Below, in pieces: positions 61,061 to 64,000 of a stretch of DNA of 64,000 nucleotides. A program made the translations under genes and the position numbers. Numbering within the stretch: the first letter of the stretch is position 1; every line of letters starts with the position of its first letter. The notes beneath the pieces were generated by a model. It had not been told where the DNA came from. It saw only the letters and a program-made list of their open reading frames with translations, and ran no database searches. Location of the stretch: assembly GCA_026770705.1 (NCBI GenBank), contig JANJGN010000019.1, positions 86,304,001 to 86,368,000 of the forward strand, read 5' to 3'. This DNA comes from Isurus oxyrinchus (taxonomy: Eukaryota).

Positions 61061-62179
61061 TAAAGGCACTGTGTTAATGAGTTGTTGTTTTCGTTCTTCA
61101 CCAATGAAAATCTACCATAATATTCATTAACTAGTGGGCCAAGGGAAAAATTAATACTGTGGAAACAGCAACTTATAACAGAGTTCTCTTAGTCATTAAT
61201 GACCATATGATTAGTGTTATAATGGTAGGTGCAAACTATGCAGCTCTGCTGCCTGCTTGATCTCCCTGCCATTGCCTAGTCAGAGCTAAATTGCAGTCAC
61301 TTTCAGGTTAAGTGGCAAAGTCTTCATTAGCCAGAAAATTAACTAATGTATCAGAACTCCTTAATAATGAGTAAATGCGCTTGTGAGGTGCTGGGCTGGG
61401 TGCGGTGGGGAAAGAGTTGATTGGTTGGGGGTGGCAACCCAATTCCTTATTTGTCAATATCTTGCCGTCTGCAGCACTGCGGCAGCTACTGTTTTCACCT
61501 TTGGAACTGTACCTCAATAGGAGTCAATGTCTGTTTTATATTATGAATGTGGCTTAATTGTCATTACCCTATTATGATGATACAATTGTATATAAAAAAA
61601 GTGAGGTGTTACTATTAACAGCTATAATCTTGAAAAACAGCCAAGCCTACAATGCCATATACCTAAAGTACAACTTAATATTGTGAAAGCCTTTCTCCTT
61701 TGCAAAATGTTTTTAAAACAAATAAAATATCTTCACATAGGTTTTCAAACCCACTGCCCAACAATACAGCCAGCCAGCTCTGCCCACAGTCCCCACCAAC
61801 ACACAAGTGAGATTATTCAAAATCCATTCCTAGTCAGGCCAACCTTCACCCCCGTAGCACAAGTAACACAATCAACTGCTACCCCACTGACAGAATCTTT
61901 GCTGCACTGTTATAAAGATGTGTAGTTCAATGTAAGGCCAGTTCTCCATCAAATAGTTTGTGTTCATTAATTAAATGTAACTTATAAAGCCTATTACCCT
62001 AATTACACATTGTAGAAATAGAACGCAGTATGAGTATGAATACAAAAAAATCAATTAGTCAAATAAGAAAACCTTTCTTAATCACTCATTGCTTGTGATA
62101 TAAATTTAATGCCAGATTGTGAGTTGTGAGGGTTGGAGGGCCTTCACCGAGTGCTCAGTCTGAAACTGAGCCACCACCA

Positions 62180-64000
62180 ACTTCCATCAACTCTAACCCC
62201 CAGCCTGATCTCAGACTGTAACTCCCCCCAACTCAATCACTGGACCTCCATCGACTGTAACCCTGCACCGCGATCATTGACTGTAACCCTCCTGCCTGAC
62301 CCCTGCTGACTGTAACCCCCCCACCCGACCCCCAAACCAACTGTAAGCCCCCTACCTGACCTCCACCGACTGTAACCCCCCCACCCGATCTGACTGCAAC
62401 CGCCAAATTTCCACTGACTATAACCCCCATGCTGATCTCCAACTAACACACCCCAATCTCCACAAACTAAAGACCACTATCCTATCTCCCCGACTGTAGC
62501 CCCTCCACCCCCATCTTCATAAATTGTAAGCTGCCACCATGCTCCCCACTGACTGTAGCCCCTAAAAACCCCTCCCCGATCTCCACAAATTGTAAACCCC
62601 CCATCCGATCTCCACTGACTGTTGCTGCCGATCTCTCCCAACTGAAACCCTCCACACCCCAATCCTACTGTAGCCTCCATCCTAGTCTTTGTAAACCCCC
62701 ATCCTGATATCTGCAAAACGCCCCCACCGCAATCTTCAGCGACTAACTCCCCCACCCCAATTTCCACAGCTGTAACACCCCACCCACAATTTCCAACATA
62801 ACCCCTCCACCCCAATCTCCAGGAACTGTAACCCCCACCTTGATCTCAACTGACTGTAAACACCCATCCGATCTGACTAACATTTACCCCCATCCTGATC
62901 TGACTGAAACTCCCCTACCCCATTTCCACAAACTGTAATTAATCACCCCACTCTCCGAATGTAGCCCTCAACTCCGATCTCCACTTTCTGTAGCCCTGAG
63001 CCTCCACTCCAATTGCCACAAATTGTTGCCCCCCCCACCCCTGATCTCTACTAAGTGTAATCCCCCTCAACCCCATCCAACTGTAACCTTCACAAATCTG
63101 ACTAAATCCCTACCCTGTTGTCTTGAGTCTGTAACCCAACCTGATCTCCATCAAGTTGTAGTCCCCAACCCAATCTCCACCTGTAGGCCCCGCCCCCCAC
63201 CATGAACTCCACTGACTGTATACTCCCCATCCCGATCTCCGACCATTACACCACCAAGTCATTCATCACTGACTAAACCCACCACCTGGTCTCCACTAAC
63301 TGTACGTCCGCCATGATCTCTGACTGCAAGCCCCCCCACCCCTATCTCCATCAACAGTGCCCCACCATCCCCGTCTCTAACTGTATCTCCGCCACTCTGG
63401 TCTCCACTGTCCCTAAACCCCACCCCCATTCTCTGACTGTAACCCCCACTCCATTCTCTGACTATATCATCAACACCACCAACTGTAGCCCCCTCACTCC
63501 AATCTGACTGTAACCCGATCTGACTGTAATCCTGCCCTCGATTGGAAATCCCCCACCAGGACTTCGACTGTAACCCACTATCCCAATCTCAGACTCTAAT
63601 GCCCCAATCTGTTCTGACTGTATTGCTCCCCTCTCCATCAGTAGCCCCCTCACCCCAATCTTTACTGTGACCACCGTCTAAACCTCTAACCTGACCTGAT
63701 CTCTGACTGTAACACTACTCCACCACCCCCCAACTGTAAACCCCCCATCAGAGCTGACTGTAATCCTCCACTTCAATCTCCGCCAGCTGTAACCCCCCCC
63801 AACCGACCTCTGCTGACTTTACAGTCTTTCAAGATCTGTGAAGGGGATTAATGTGCCCAAACCGATCTCTAACTGTAACCTCCCTACCCATATCTATATC
63901 AACCGTTAGCCCCACCACAATCTCCCTCATTACCCTCCCCTGATCTTCACCATCTGTACCTCCCACCCATGTCTATACTAATCGTTACCCCCTCACTGAT
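62180..64000. repeat. Degenerate C-rich ~30-bp tandem repeat
   Basis: Recurring ccgatctccactgactgtaaccccccacc-like units running to the window end. Confidence 0.85.

Overview
This is vertebrate nuclear DNA, almost certainly from a cartilaginous fish (shark). The basis is the repeat complement: SacSINE1/DeuSINE-type SINEs, CR1 and L2 LINEs, short Penelope-like pLTR fragments and GC-rich Harbinger elements. The window is intergenic or intronic and dominated by repeats; I could not identify any intact protein-coding gene. Main content: (1) a ~3.1 kb near-perfect 35-bp palindromic minisatellite, which produces the three spurious >1000-aa ORFs, plus several other minisatellites; (2) a PIF/Harbinger cluster at 27.2-38.7 kb, made of a MITE, two related non-autonomous elements carrying a Myb/SANT-like gene and a separate decayed HARBI1-like transposase, mostly nested in a 14-bp satellite and a CR1; (3) a decayed Ty1/Copia retrotransposon of probable GalEa type at 45.8-51.3 kb, with both LTRs, an initiator-Met PBS and nested hAT, CR1 and Penelope inserts; (4) about 11 Penelope-like fragments carrying minimal hammerhead-ribozyme motifs; (5) a young 137-bp tRNA-derived SINE with a perfect 18-bp TSD; (6) an LF-SINE-like relic; (7) a plausible terminal coding exon at 9109 and several homeobox-site-rich, CNE-like unique segments. 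I see no clearly new biological system. The most interesting leads are the ribozyme-bounded Penelope mini-elements, the Myb-only Harbinger family and the GalEa-like element. Boundaries of old repeats are approximate and family names come from recognition, not database searches.
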